A program made the position numbers and the translations under genes. From Acidilobaceae archaeon (GTDB taxonomy: Archaea > Thermoproteota > Thermoprotei_A > Sulfolobales > Acidilobaceae), in the NCBI GenBank assembly GCA_038897215.1, contig JAWAWX010000001.1, positions 672,001 to 736,000 on the forward strand: 64,000 bases of DNA, in the 5' to 3' direction. This document shows, in pieces, positions 1 to 9,167 of the stretch (within the stretch, counting starts at the first letter, position 1; every line of letters begins with the position of its first letter). The notes under the pieces are model-generated. The model was not told the DNA's origin. It saw only the letters and a list, made by a program, of their open reading frames with translations, and searched no databases.

Positions 1-674
1 GAGAGCTCTTCTAGCTCGCTAGTCACGGGCACGGCTTCAGCTACTCCCCCGAGCGCAGCGTTGCTCCTCCACTCGTGGCTACTAGCGCTCCTCCTCTCCA
101 TGCAGGCTACTACCTCCTCTCCTACGACGAAGCACCTCAAGTCTCTCCCGGTTAGCGCAGCCTCCTGGATCACGTGGACTCTTAGATGTGGCGACTCGAG
201 CCTCCTCCTGTGTTCTACTATCGCCTTGAGAGAAGCCGGGTCTCTCACTAGGCTCACGAGCCTGCCCCAGCTCCCTAGAGGAGGCTTGTCTACTAGAGGA
301 AAGCTGATGGGTAGCGTGCTGCCGTCTAGCTCTCCGCCCTCTAGGAGGATCAGCGTCTCGGGTATCCTCAAGCCTTCTCTATACAACATTGAGTACGTGA
401 GGATCTTGTCGTGCCCTATCGTTAGAGCTGTCAGAGAGTTTATGGCTCTACCGCCTGAAGCCTCGACTAGTGAGGCCACGTATATGCTGTTGACGGAGGA
501 GATGTTCCTAACTAAGACTAGAGACCCGGGCTCCACAACGCCATTTATTCTAAGAGCGTTTCTAGAACCTAGAATCGATACTCTAAGCCCTAGATTCGAG
601 AACTCCTTTAGCAACATGTCTTCCTCGAGACGCAATACATCGACTGATATGTAAAGGTGGGCGAAGTGATTCAC
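1..674 (-). CDS. argX: RimK/LysX-family ATP-grasp ligase, ArgX-type (glutamate--LysW ligase); 3' end runs off the window
   Basis: Not in the ORF track. Manual translation from GTG at 674 gives MNHFAHLYISVDVLRLEE...GHDKILTY...DKPPLGSWGRLVSLV...HVIQE...GRDLRCFVVG...EWRSNAALGG. WRSN-ALGG resembles ArgX rather than LysX. Confidence 0.8.
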   Translation of the reverse strand, partial: MNHFAHLYISVDVLRLEEDMLLKEFSNLGLRVSILGSRNALRINGVVEPGSLVLVRNISSVNSIYVASLVEASGGRAINSLTALTIGHDKILTYSMLYREGLRIPETLILLEGGELDGSTLPISFPLVDKPPLGSWGRLVSLVRDPASLKAIVEHRRRLESPHLRVHVIQEAALTGRDLRCFVVGEEVVACMERRSASSHEWRSNAALGGVAEAVPVTSELEEL

Positions 675-689
675 CGAATATCCACCCCA

Positions 690-1781
690 CTAGCGATACA
701 CGTATTTAAGTTTTTCCATCTTCGCTAGCTCGAGGAGAGCATCGCGGTAGACCTCTATGCCTGCGTAGAAATCCTCGACCTCGATCCACTCTATGTCGGT
801 ATGCGAGAGAGCAGGGTCTCCCGGACCGTACTCTACTATAGAGTCTGTCAGGCTCGCTAATATAGCCATATCGCTAGTGCCCTGCTTAACTACGAATCTC
901 GGCTTGACCCCTCTGAGAGCTAAAGCTCTCGCTATAGCTCTAGCAGCAGGATTTCCCGGCGATGCTCTAAAAGGTTTAGTGTAAGACTCTATGGTGTAAC
1001 CGCATCTACTCGGGAGGCTTCTCGAAAGCGCTTCTGAGACCTCGCTGAGCTCTCCTCCCACTGGTACTCTGACTCCCAATATCATTCTGCCATAGCGAGG
1101 GACCACGTTGAATCTGCTATCGCCACACTCGAGTCGCAGAAGGGTTGCGATGTAATCAGCTGAGATAGTGTTCTTGAAGAGATGCCATGAGGAGATCAAG
1201 TCCTCGCAAGCCGAGCTGTATATGTTGGGAGAAGCGCTATGGCCTCCGAGACTCCTACACTCTACGACTATTCTAGCGCTCCCTCTGCACCCAATTGCTA
1301 CTCCATTGAGCCCCGTGGGCTCACCCACGATCACAGCGCTGACTCTCAACCCGCTGGACGCGAGCACTTGAGCCCCATGGCTCGGACCCTCTTCACCCAC
1401 TAGAGCTGCCAGGACCACCCTGAGGTCGCTGGTATAGCGTGTTGCCAGAGCGCCGGCTATAGCCATGGCTACTAGGGGCCCTTTAGCGTCTACTGCTCCA
1501 CGACCGTAGACTCTCCCGTCTTCAACCCTCACGGGTATAAAGCCCTCCACTGTGTCTATGTGGCCGGCTAGGAGCACTGCATAGCTCCCGTTGCCGGCTT
1601 CAGCTATCAGGTTGCCGACGCTATCCACCTCTACTCTCTCATAGCCTATCTTTGAGAGCTCGCTTTCTAGAGCTCTGACCGCTCTCTCCTCCTGGAACGT
1701 GGGGCTGTACGCTTCCAGGAGCTTAACCAGGAGCTCTAGCGCTTGCTTCCTCGTCGAGGCATCTAGCAAGAGCTCCGACAC
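690..1781 (-). CDS. lysK: [LysW]-lysine/[LysW]-ornithine hydrolase (M20 family)
   Basis: GHIDTV, GRGAVDAKG, GEEG, GEPT, GTSDM and GPGD..HT motifs; lies in the lysW cluster. Confidence 0.92.
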   Translation of the reverse strand: MSELLLDASTRKQALELLVKLLEAYSPTFQEERAVRALESELSKIGYERVEVDSVGNLIAEAGNGSYAVLLAGHIDTVEGFIPVRVEDGRVYGRGAVDAKGPLVAMAIAGALATRYTSDLRVVLAALVGEEGPSHGAQVLASSGLRVSAVIVGEPTGLNGVAIGCRGSARIVVECRSLGGHSASPNIYSSACEDLISSWHLFKNTISADYIATLLRLECGDSRFNVVPRYGRMILGVRVPVGGELSEVSEALSRSLPSRCGYTIESYTKPFRASPGNPAARAIARALALRGVKPRFVVKQGTSDMAILASLTDSIVEYGPGDPALSHTDIEWIEVEDFYAGIEVYRDALLELAKMEKLKYVYR

Positions 1782-2919
1782 CCCACTCTATGTCCTCATC
1801 GGTTATCATATAGGGGGGCAGGAAGCGCACTACCGTCGAGCCAGCTCTTAGAGCTAAGACTCTCCACTTCTCCTGCATGCATCTCAGCACTCGAGCAGGG
1901 GGGACTCGTAGCTCAACTCCGACCATGAGCCCCACTCCTCTAATGGCTCTCACGAGCTCTTCGCCTCTCAGAGACTCGGCTAGCCTCACTACCAGCTCTC
2001 GGCCAGCTCTCCCAGCTCTCTCCGGCACTCTCTCCTCTAGGAGGACTCTAGTCGAGGCCTTGACGGCAGCGCAGGCCAGCGGGTTGCCTCCGTAGGTTGA
2101 GCCATGGTCTCCCGGGGAGATCTTGCTGGCTGCTTCCTCCGTTAAAGCTACCATGCTCACAGGGAAGCCTCCACCTATCGCCTTACCTGCTATCAAGACG
2201 TCTGGCTCGATCCCGTAGATCTCGGAAGCCCATATCCTTCCTGTTCTCCCGAACCCTGTCTGAACTTCGTCAATCATGACTAGAGCTCCCTTGCTTCTAG
2301 CTTTTTCTACTAGAGCCTTCACGAAATCTGGAGATGCGGGGACTACTCCCCCCTCTCCCTGAATAAGCTCTACTATGACGCCAGCTGTCTCTCCATCGAT
2401 CTTCTCTAGGTCATCTACGGAGTTGAATCTGAGGATCTCGACTGCTGGGAGGAGGGGCTCGAAGGGAGCTCTGTATCTAGGGTTTCCTGTGACTGAGAGA
2501 GCTCCAAGCGTTCTACCGTGGAAGCTGTTGGTGAAGCCCACGAGCTTCTTCCTCCCGGTAGCTCTCCTAGCTAGCTTCAAGGCGAACTCTACGGCCTCAG
2601 CTCCGCTATTGAGTAGAGTGACGCTAGTCAAGTGTTTGGGCAGTATCTTCTCTAGCTCTTCGAGCATCTCTTCTCTAACTCTAACAGCAAACGAGGGAGT
2701 CGCGGTCGCGACCACCTCTAGCTGTTCTTTGAGCTCCTTTACCACGCGGGGGTGGAGATGCCCCAAGAAGGCTACTCCATGACCTGTATGGAAGTCTAGA
2801 TACATGTTGCCCTCTCTATCCCAGACGTATTGCCCTCTAGCTCTTGCTATCTCCAAGTCTCTAGGCTCGAAGAAGGAGAGGTATCTCAGCAAGCCTGCTA
2901 CCTCGCTATCTTTTAGCAA
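1723..2919 (-). CDS. lysJ: [LysW]-aminoadipate semialdehyde/glutamate semialdehyde transaminase (class III PLP)
   Basis: NSGAEAVE, FHGRT, DEVQTGFGRTG, AGKAIGGG and HGSTYGGNP motifs; cluster context. Confidence 0.93.
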   Translation of the reverse strand: MLKDSEVAGLLRYLSFFEPRDLEIARARGQYVWDREGNMYLDFHTGHGVAFLGHLHPRVVKELKEQLEVVATATPSFAVRVREEMLEELEKILPKHLTSVTLLNSGAEAVEFALKLARRATGRKKLVGFTNSFHGRTLGALSVTGNPRYRAPFEPLLPAVEILRFNSVDDLEKIDGETAGVIVELIQGEGGVVPASPDFVKALVEKARSKGALVMIDEVQTGFGRTGRIWASEIYGIEPDVLIAGKAIGGGFPVSMVALTEEAASKISPGDHGSTYGGNPLACAAVKASTRVLLEERVPERAGRAGRELVVRLAESLRGEELVRAIRGVGLMVGVELRVPPARVLRCMQEKWRVLALRAGSTVVRFLPPYMITDEDIEWGVGALARCLDEEASARAPG

Positions 2920-3751
2920 TGGCTACAAGGTACTCTATGATCTTGCCCGGCAGGTCGTAGCCAGTAACGGCTACGGTGTTCTTGAAGTCCGGGACTACGT
3001 TCACCTCGTTTACCACATAGCCTCTCTCGGGGTCTTCGAAAACATCTATCCCCGCTATCTCGACCCCAATGATTTCAGCTACCTTGATAGCTAGCTCTCT
3101 GAGGTCTGAGTCAACGCGAGCAGGCTCAGCTCTGCCCCCTCTAGCAGTGTTAGTTATCCAGTGCTCGCTGACCCTGTATATCGCTACGGGGGCTTCAGAG
3201 CCTACTACGAATACCCTCAGGTCTCTCCCGGGCTTTCTGATAAACTCTTGGATTAAGTGTATCTGGAAGCGCGGGTCCGGCACGTAGCTTCTATGCTCTA
3301 TTATAGAGCGTAGTGACTCATCATCGCTGATCAAGCTCACGAGCCTACCCCAGCTTCCATCAATAGGCTTGATGACAACAGGGTAGCCTAGCTTTCTCGC
3401 AGCTTCGAGAGCGGTCTTCTCATCGAAAGCCACGTAGGTTCTCGGAGTCTCTATGCCTCGAGATGCTAGAAGAGTCAGTGTCCAGAGCTTGTTTCTAGCT
3501 ATGGCTGTCGAGAGAGAGGTATTCACTACTCTCACGTCGCTAGACTCTAGAGCTATAGTTGAAGCTAGTGCTATCTCGTGGCTTACGCTTCTTTGGAGAG
3601 CCACTTCTAGGTTTATGCTCTTCGCTCCAATAGAGAGAGGAGAGTTCTTGAGGTACAGTATCTCTAGAGAGACTCCTCTCCTCCTAGCAGCCTCTACTAG
3701 GGCTCTCTCCTCCCATCTAGCCACATCGTATACTATCCCTATCCTAGCCAT
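2906..3751 (-). CDS. lysX: Alpha-aminoadipate--LysW ligase
   Basis: KPIDGSWGRLV, QEFIRKPGRDLR, HWITNTARGG and NEVN..PDFKN motifs; directly downstream of lysW. Confidence 0.95.
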   Translation of the reverse strand: MARIGIVYDVARWEERALVEAARRRGVSLEILYLKNSPLSIGAKSINLEVALQRSVSHEIALASTIALESSDVRVVNTSLSTAIARNKLWTLTLLASRGIETPRTYVAFDEKTALEAARKLGYPVVIKPIDGSWGRLVSLISDDESLRSIIEHRSYVPDPRFQIHLIQEFIRKPGRDLRVFVVGSEAPVAIYRVSEHWITNTARGGRAEPARVDSDLRELAIKVAEIIGVEIAGIDVFEDPERGYVVNEVNVVPDFKNTVAVTGYDLPGKIIEYLVAIAKR

Positions 3752-3757
3752 GCCCGG

Positions 3758-3943
3758 CTACTCTCCCCAATCTTCGCCTACCTCTAGAGGCTTCAATGAG
3801 ACCTCCTTACCCGACACTACTACCTCTAGAGAGACCCCGCAGTCGTGGTCTACTACCTCACCAGGTAGCACGTCTTCGGGGAGCTCCACGTCTCTACCGC
3901 ATATAGGGCATCTAGCTTTCAAGGGCACACCGGACACCCCCAT
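3758..3943 (-). CDS. lysW: Amino-group carrier protein LysW
   Basis: Zinc ribbon CPICG...HDCG and the diagnostic C-terminal EDWGE. Confidence 0.97.
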   Translation of the reverse strand: MGVSGVPLKARCPICGRDVELPEDVLPGEVVDHDCGVSLEVVVSGKEVSLKPLEVGEDWGE

Positions 3944-3994
3944 GCCTTATAGGCGCCGAAATGCCTCTAATTCAGCGGAGAGTATATAAGTTTT

Positions 3995-4026
3995 TCACAC
4001 TGTTAGCTTCAGATGTAACACTGTGA
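3995..4026. promoter_or_regulatory. Imperfect inverted repeat in the divergent lysW/lysY intergenic region; candidate operator
   Basis: TCACACTGTTA-N10-TAACACTGTGA (10 of 11 positions complementary), next to a TATA-like TATATAAG at ~3983. Confidence 0.4.
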
Positions 4027-4063
4027 GTACATTCGAACAAACGGAGTTCCAGGTGTCTGAGCC

Positions 4064-5116
4064 GTGATCAGAGTGGCTGTGGTGGGCGCCTCGGGCTATA
4101 CCGGAGGAGAGCTTCTCAGGATCCTAGCGGAGCACCCGGAGGTAGAGGTCACTGTAGCCACGTCGAGAGAGTACGCTGGAAAGCCCCTACACTTCGCTCA
4201 CTTCAACCTCAGGGGGTTCTATAGAGGGCTTAGATTCACTTCGCTCGACTTAGACCACATAGCCCGCAAAGCCGATGCGGTCTTCTTATCGCTACCTCAC
4301 GGAGTCGGCTTACACTACGTCCCTAAACTTCTAGAGGTAGGTCTCATGGTGGTAGACCTGAGCGCGGACTTCAGGCTAAAGAATCCCGAGGACTACAAGA
4401 AGTGGTACGGTATCGAGCACCCATACCCGGACCTCTTATCGAAAGCAGTCTACGGGCTACCGGAGCTTCATAGAAGCGAGCTGAGAGGAGCGAAGCTGAT
4501 CGCCGTCCCTGGCTGTAACGCTACAGCCTCCATCATAGCTCTCGCTCCACTAGTCAAGAACAGGATCATCGATGTCAAGAAGATAGTGGTCGACGTTAAG
4601 GTGGGCAGTAGTGAAGCAGGCTGGAATCCCAGCAAGTGGAGTCACCACCCTGAAAGAGAAGGAGCTATGAGACCCTACGACGCGGAAGGCCACAGGCACG
4701 CGGCTGAGGTAGAGCAAGAACTCAGAGCTCTCGTAGGCGAAGACGTCGAGGTCTCTCTAGTCCCCCACGCTGTGGGAGCAGTGAGAGGAGCTCTTGCATC
4801 AGCTCATTCATGGCTTGCTCGAGATGCGAGCTCTCTCGATATCCTTAAGGCCTATGTGTCGATGTACTCGGAGGAGCCTTTCGTCAGGATAGTCTACAAT
4901 GCTCCCCCAGGCTACCCCGACCCCAAGTACGTCATCGGGAGTAACTACGCCGACGTGGGCTTCGCGCTAGAAGAGAGGAGAAGAAGGGTCACGGGTTTCG
5001 CGGCTATAGACAATCTAGTAAAGGGAGCGGCAGGCCAGGCGGTCCAGGCGTTCAACATAGCTCTAGGGCTTAGCGAGACTCTAGGATTATCGAGGCCCCC
5101 CCTTAAGCCAGCGTGA
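4064..5116 (+). CDS. lysY: [LysW]-aminoadipate/glutamate phosphate reductase (ArgC family)
   Basis: GASGYTGGEL, DLSADFRL, VPGCNAT and DNLVKGAAGQAVQ motifs. Confidence 0.95.
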   Translation: MIRVAVVGASGYTGGELLRILAEHPEVEVTVATSREYAGKPLHFAHFNLRGFYRGLRFTSLDLDHIARKADAVFLSLPHGVGLHYVPKLLEVGLMVVDLSADFRLKNPEDYKKWYGIEHPYPDLLSKAVYGLPELHRSELRGAKLIAVPGCNATASIIALAPLVKNRIIDVKKIVVDVKVGSSEAGWNPSKWSHHPEREGAMRPYDAEGHRHAAEVEQELRALVGEDVEVSLVPHAVGAVRGALASAHSWLARDASSLDILKAYVSMYSEEPFVRIVYNAPPGYPDPKYVIGSNYADVGFALEERRRRVTGFAAIDNLVKGAAGQAVQAFNIALGLSETLGLSRPPLKPA

Positions 5117-5120
5117 GACT

Positions 5121-5924
5121 ATGATCGTGGTGAAGATAGGAGGCCGTGCTCTGAGAGCTAACCTCGAGAACATAGCGGGAGACCTGGCAGAGCTCTGGGC
5201 TAGAGGAGAGAGGATAGTCGTAGTCCACGGGGGAGGAGACATAGTCTCGGAGTACTCGAAGAGGATGGGCGTAGAGCCTCAGATCGTAGTCTCCCCCTCG
5301 GGCGTGAGGAGCAGGTATACTAGCAGAGAGGAGCTAGAGGTGTACGTTATGACCATGGCCGGTAAGATAAACAAGGAGATGGTCTCCAGACTGGTGGCTA
5401 GAGGAGTCAGAGCAGTAGGAGTCTCAGGAGCAGACGGGCCGACGCTACTAGCTGAGAGGAAGGAGCGGATAATAGTAGTCGACGAGAGGGGGAGGAGGAG
5501 AGTGCTAGAGGGAGGCTATACGGGCAGGATAGAGAGCGTCGACGCTAGCCTGCTGAGTAGCCTAATCGAGAAAGGCTACCTGGTAGTAGTAGCGCCGATA
5601 GCAGTGTCTCGAGAGGGAGTCTTACTCAATGTAGACGGAGACCAGGCAGCATCCAGGATAGCGGCTTCTCTCAAAGCCTCTAAGCTCATAGCTCTCTCTG
5701 ATGTAGACGGGTTGATCCTAGAGGGGTCTCTAGTCGAGAGAGTAAGGGTTGAGGAGCTGAGAAGCCTACTGCCTAGAGTGGGTCCCGGAATGAATAGGAA
5801 GCTGCTTCACGTAGTGGAGGCTCTAGAAGCCGGGGTTGGAGAGGCAGTCATAGCGAGCGGCCTAGGCGAGAAGCCCGTTAGCAGAGCGCTAGAGAGAAGA
5901 CGCTGTACAGTCATCACTCTCTAA
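5121..5924 (+). CDS. lysZ: [LysW]-aminoadipate/glutamate kinase (ArgB family)
   Basis: MIVVKIGG, VHGGG, SPSG..SRYT, NVDGD and GMNRK motifs. Confidence 0.95.
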   Translation: MIVVKIGGRALRANLENIAGDLAELWARGERIVVVHGGGDIVSEYSKRMGVEPQIVVSPSGVRSRYTSREELEVYVMTMAGKINKEMVSRLVARGVRAVGVSGADGPTLLAERKERIIVVDERGRRRVLEGGYTGRIESVDASLLSSLIEKGYLVVVAPIAVSREGVLLNVDGDQAASRIAASLKASKLIALSDVDGLILEGSLVERVRVEELRSLLPRVGPGMNRKLLHVVEALEAGVGEAVIASGLGEKPVSRALERRRCTVITL

Positions 5925-6354
5925 GACACAAGCTCTCTAGAGTCCTCAAAGCCAGCTCAAAAGCTCTCTTCTCAGAGCTAGCTGAGATAGCGATGAGCAC
6001 GAAAGGCTCCCTGGTGAAAAGTCGTAGAGCCCCGGCAACACCGTCCACCGAGACGTCTCCCGAGAGCCCTAGCCACAAGTCTCCTCTCATGCTCTCCCAG
6101 CTCTCCTCCCCTGTTTTGAAAGGCTCTATCACAGAGACCTCCGCCTTCTCGACGGCCGCGCCTTCTCTACAGCCTACCAGAGCGATCTGCCTACCGGAGG
6201 AGTCTATCGCTATGCCTAGAGCGTCTTTCAGCCCGTCTCCGAGCACGCACCTACCTAGAGTCTCCAGACTCTCCAACAACCTCTGTAGGCCTTTCCCGCA
6301 TTCGCTCAGCAGATGCGCTCTCACAGCCACGTATAGCTCTCTCGAGTTCTGCAA
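5914..6354 (-). CDS. Hypothetical protein; possibly the 3' part of a frameshifted gene with 6251..6601
   Basis: ORF with genome-typical codons that overlaps the upstream same-strand ORF by ~100 nt. Confidence 0.4.
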   Translation of the reverse strand: MQNSRELYVAVRAHLLSECGKGLQRLLESLETLGRCVLGDGLKDALGIAIDSSGRQIALVGCREGAAVEKAEVSVIEPFKTGEESWESMRGDLWLGLSGDVSVDGVAGALRLFTREPFVLIAISASSEKRAFELALRTLESLCLRE

Positions 6355-6601
6355 AAAGGTCCCCCGATTCGCTCAATCCTAGAGACCTAGCTATCTCGGC
6401 TTTTAGCTCCTCGAGAGTGGGTTGAGGTTGAGCTTTTAGCGCGTAGATAGACTTAACAAGCTCTTCCTCAAGAGGCTTGAGGACCTCTCCTAGGACTGCT
6501 CTACTCAGCTCTTTCTCAGCCTCTTTAATAGCCTCTCCTACGTTAGCCCCTATCCTCAAAGCTTCTCTCAATAGCTCAGCGATAGCACGCCTACGCTCCA
6601 C
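6251..6601 (-). CDS. Hypothetical helical protein
   Basis: Charged, helical N-terminal ~85 aa; follows hypB on the same strand. Confidence 0.5.
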   Translation of the reverse strand: MERRRAIAELLREALRIGANVGEAIKEAEKELSRAVLGEVLKPLEEELVKSIYALKAQPQPTLEELKAEIARSLGLSESGDLFAELERAIRGCESASAERMRERPTEVVGESGDSR

Positions 6602-6630
6602 AGCCTCTCATCATCTCTTAATTGTCACAC

Positions 6631-7368
6631 TCAGAGTATTAGAATCTCTCTGAGAGTCCCGGCTAGCGCTCTAGCTAGCTCGGTATCGAGAAGCCTAGAG
6701 GGGCTCCCGATGGAGTCCCGGAGGGAGCTATCGTAAGGCAGAGTCCCCAGATGCTTGAATCCGAGGAGAGAGACCTCACTAAGTAGGAGGGGGTCTCTTC
6801 TAGCTGACATGTTCTCGATGACGCCCACTGAGCGAGCACCCTCGCTCTTCAGAAGCCTCAGAAGCCTCCTAACGCTAGAGAGGCTTAGAGGGTCTTGAGT
6901 AGTGACTACTAGAATCTTGGCTCCGATAGCTAGGACTTCTAAGAGCTCATCTTTAGCCCCTGGAGGCATATCGAGTATTAGAGCGTCCAGTCTACCCCAG
7001 TCCACAGCGACTAGAAGCTCTCTCATAGCGTCGACAGCCGAAGAGCCTCTCAGAGCTAGAGGATTGCCTCTAGTGAAGACAACGGGGGTAGCTAAGAGAA
7101 CCCCCTCAACCTCGAGAGGCTTGACTCCAAACCCTTCTTCTATAGAGGCTTTCTCTGCATCAACTCCTAGCACTAGATGTGTTGTAGCGTTGGTGAAGTC
7201 TAGGTCTAGCAAGCCTACTCTGTAGTCTTCTCTAGCTAGGAGGAGGCTGAGGATGCAGGCTACAGTAGTCTTACCTACTCCACCCTTGCTACTAGCAACA
7301 GCATACACTCTCTTCACACTCTCAACGATCCTTCTAGCCTGAACTAATCTGGGGTCGGCAGAGCGCAT
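6631..7368 (-). CDS. hypB: Mrp/MinD-type ATPase; archaeal Mrp-type HypB hydrogenase maturation factor
   Basis: N-terminal DPR, SSKGGVGKT, DLDFT and LDMPPG motifs; directly downstream of hypA as in Thermococcus. Confidence 0.75.
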   Translation of the reverse strand: MRSADPRLVQARRIVESVKRVYAVASSKGGVGKTTVACILSLLLAREDYRVGLLDLDFTNATTHLVLGVDAEKASIEEGFGVKPLEVEGVLLATPVVFTRGNPLALRGSSAVDAMRELLVAVDWGRLDALILDMPPGAKDELLEVLAIGAKILVVTTQDPLSLSSVRRLLRLLKSEGARSVGVIENMSARRDPLLLSEVSLLGFKHLGTLPYDSSLRDSIGSPSRLLDTELARALAGTLREILIL

Positions 7369-7370
7369 CT

Positions 7371-7769
7371 CTACCCACCTTCACTCAAGACTATCGAGAG
7401 TCTAACGCCTCTACCGCTAACCACATCGAAGTCGCTCGATGCGCAGAACGGGCACTTTATGAATGCATGAATAGCCTCGGGCAGGAAGTGTATGTATTCT
7501 CTAACCTCTTCGCTGATACTCTCGTCTCTAAGTCTCCACTCGAGACCGCACCGCCGGCACTTGAAGACAGCCTCCTCCTCTAGTATCTCGTAGGAGACGC
7601 TTAAGTCATAGTCTTTCAAGCTCATCCTTATATACTCTTCGAGAACAGAAGCATCAAGGCTCTGGAGTTCTCCTAGATAGATTCTAACTAGTTTGACTTT
7701 AGAGCCCTCCTTCTCTACAGCTTCTCTTATAGCCGAGACTATGGCTGAAGCTAGAGCAAGTTCGTGCAG
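7371..7769 (-). CDS. hypA: Hydrogenase nickel incorporation protein HypA (CTG start inferred)
   Basis: The frame extends upstream of the tracked ORF: CTG-CAC-GAA... = (M)HELALASAIV...YLGELQSLD...CRRC...CPFC...SGRG. SD-like GGTGG lies 6 nt upstream. Confidence 0.92.
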   Translation of the reverse strand: MHELALASAIVSAIREAVEKEGSKVKLVRIYLGELQSLDASVLEEYIRMSLKDYDLSVSYEILEEEAVFKCRRCGLEWRLRDESISEEVREYIHFLPEAIHAFIKCPFCASSDFDVVSGRGVRLSIVLSEGG

Positions 7770-7904
7770 AGAGTTCCACCAGGCTCTCAGGTCTTCATTT
7801 GCACCTCTTAAATATCACTGTTGAGCCTCTATATAACGTAATCTTTAAAAGGATCGAAGGACTGGAGATTAATAATTGAATCCGACCTCTGGTGGTTCGC
7901 GTTG

Positions 7905-9167
7905 ATGCTTTCTAGAAGAGATTTCATAAAGCTATCAGCATCAACAGCTCTTCTAGCTTCTCTCGATTGGGATAACGTCGTTAAAGCTGCGCTCGAAACC
8001 ATCCAGAAGGGCAAATACAACATAATATGGTTCGAGGCTCAGTCTTGCACAGGTGATACTGGCGCTCTACTCCTAGCCACAGACCCCAACGTCATACAGG
8101 TTTTAGCCGGGCATCTCCACGTAGTCGGCCCCGGGACAGTCGCTCTACTCTACCATGATGCAGTGATGCCTCAGTGGGGTGAGAGCGCTCTCGAGATCCT
8201 AAGGAAAGCCGTTGCGGGAGAACTCGACCCATTCGTCTTAGTCGTGGAGGGCACGGTGCCTATCGATGAAAAAGCTGGGGGCCCTAAGGGTAGCGACTAC
8301 TGGTGCTTCGTAGGCGAAGAGAGAGGAAAGCCTATCACGTGCCTCGAGTGGATAAGGAGACTGCTTAGGAGAGCCGCGGCTGTGGTCACTGTGGGGACCT
8401 GCTCATCCTATGGAGGCATCCCAGCCAACACTCCCTGGGATCCAGGCTTCTTCAAAGCCTACGGCTTCGATGAGTTCGAGAAGTATCCCGATGGGTGGAG
8501 CAGGTCTCCCACGGGAGCCACCGGATTCTTCGGAGACAAGATTAGGGGCTTCAAAGGCCTCCTAGACCTGCTCCCTGAAGCCGAGCCCTTCAGGAAGTTC
8601 GCTAAGGGAGAGAAGTGCGAGCTACTCAAAGACTGCAAGCCTGCAGTAGCTGTTCCAGGATGCCCGGCTAACGGGAACGCTATCCTCAAGACTCTAGCGC
8701 ACCTAGTCCTAGCTCTAGAAGGGCTCATGCCTCTATCGCGCGAGCAGTTCGACGAGATAGGGAGACCCAAGTACTTCTTCGGAGAGACCACGCACAACAA
8801 CTGCCCGAGAGCAGGGCACTACGCTGCGGGAAGGTGGAGAATGTATCCCGGCGACGGCACGGAGTACTGCCTCTGGGGCGTTGGGTGCAAGGGTCCAGTC
8901 TCCCACTGCCCGTGGAATAGGCTAGGGTGGGTTAGCGGAGTTGGGGGATGCGTGAGGCAAGGCTCTGTATGCATGGGATGCCACGAGCCCGGCTTCAGCG
9001 ACGCCTACGAGCCATTCTTCCAGAAGCTACCCTACGTGTTTGCTAGCAGAGAGGCTCTAGTTGGAACCCTTGCTGGAGCAATCGCTGTAGCCGCTGTCGT
9101 GGGAGTAGTCAGCGGAGCTCTAGCATACATGAAGGGCAAGAAGCAGGGTGGCGTAAAGCATGGCTAG
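7905..9167 (+). CDS. Group 1 [NiFe]-hydrogenase small subunit with Tat signal and C-terminal membrane anchor
   Basis: SRRDFIK Tat motif; SCTGD, GTCSSYGG, PGCP, HNNCPR, CLWGVGCKGP and CMGC motifs; terminal TM helix. Confidence 0.93.
   Translation: MLSRRDFIKLSASTALLASLDWDNVVKAALETIQKGKYNIIWFEAQSCTGDTGALLLATDPNVIQVLAGHLHVVGPGTVALLYHDAVMPQWGESALEILRKAVAGELDPFVLVVEGTVPIDEKAGGPKGSDYWCFVGEERGKPITCLEWIRRLLRRAAAVVTVGTCSSYGGIPANTPWDPGFFKAYGFDEFEKYPDGWSRSPTGATGFFGDKIRGFKGLLDLLPEAEPFRKFAKGEKCELLKDCKPAVAVPGCPANGNAILKTLAHLVLALEGLMPLSREQFDEIGRPKYFFGETTHNNCPRAGHYAAGRWRMYPGDGTEYCLWGVGCKGPVSHCPWNRLGWVSGVGGCVRQGSVCMGCHEPGFSDAYEPFFQKLPYVFASREALVGTLAGAIAVAAVVGVVSGALAYMKGKKQGGVKHG

Noticed and set aside
61-654. 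197-aa + strand ORF, and the many similar Ser/Leu-rich antisense ORFs in the track
   Set aside because: These are shadow ORFs opposite well-supported genes; here the real gene is the ArgX-type ligase on the - strand.
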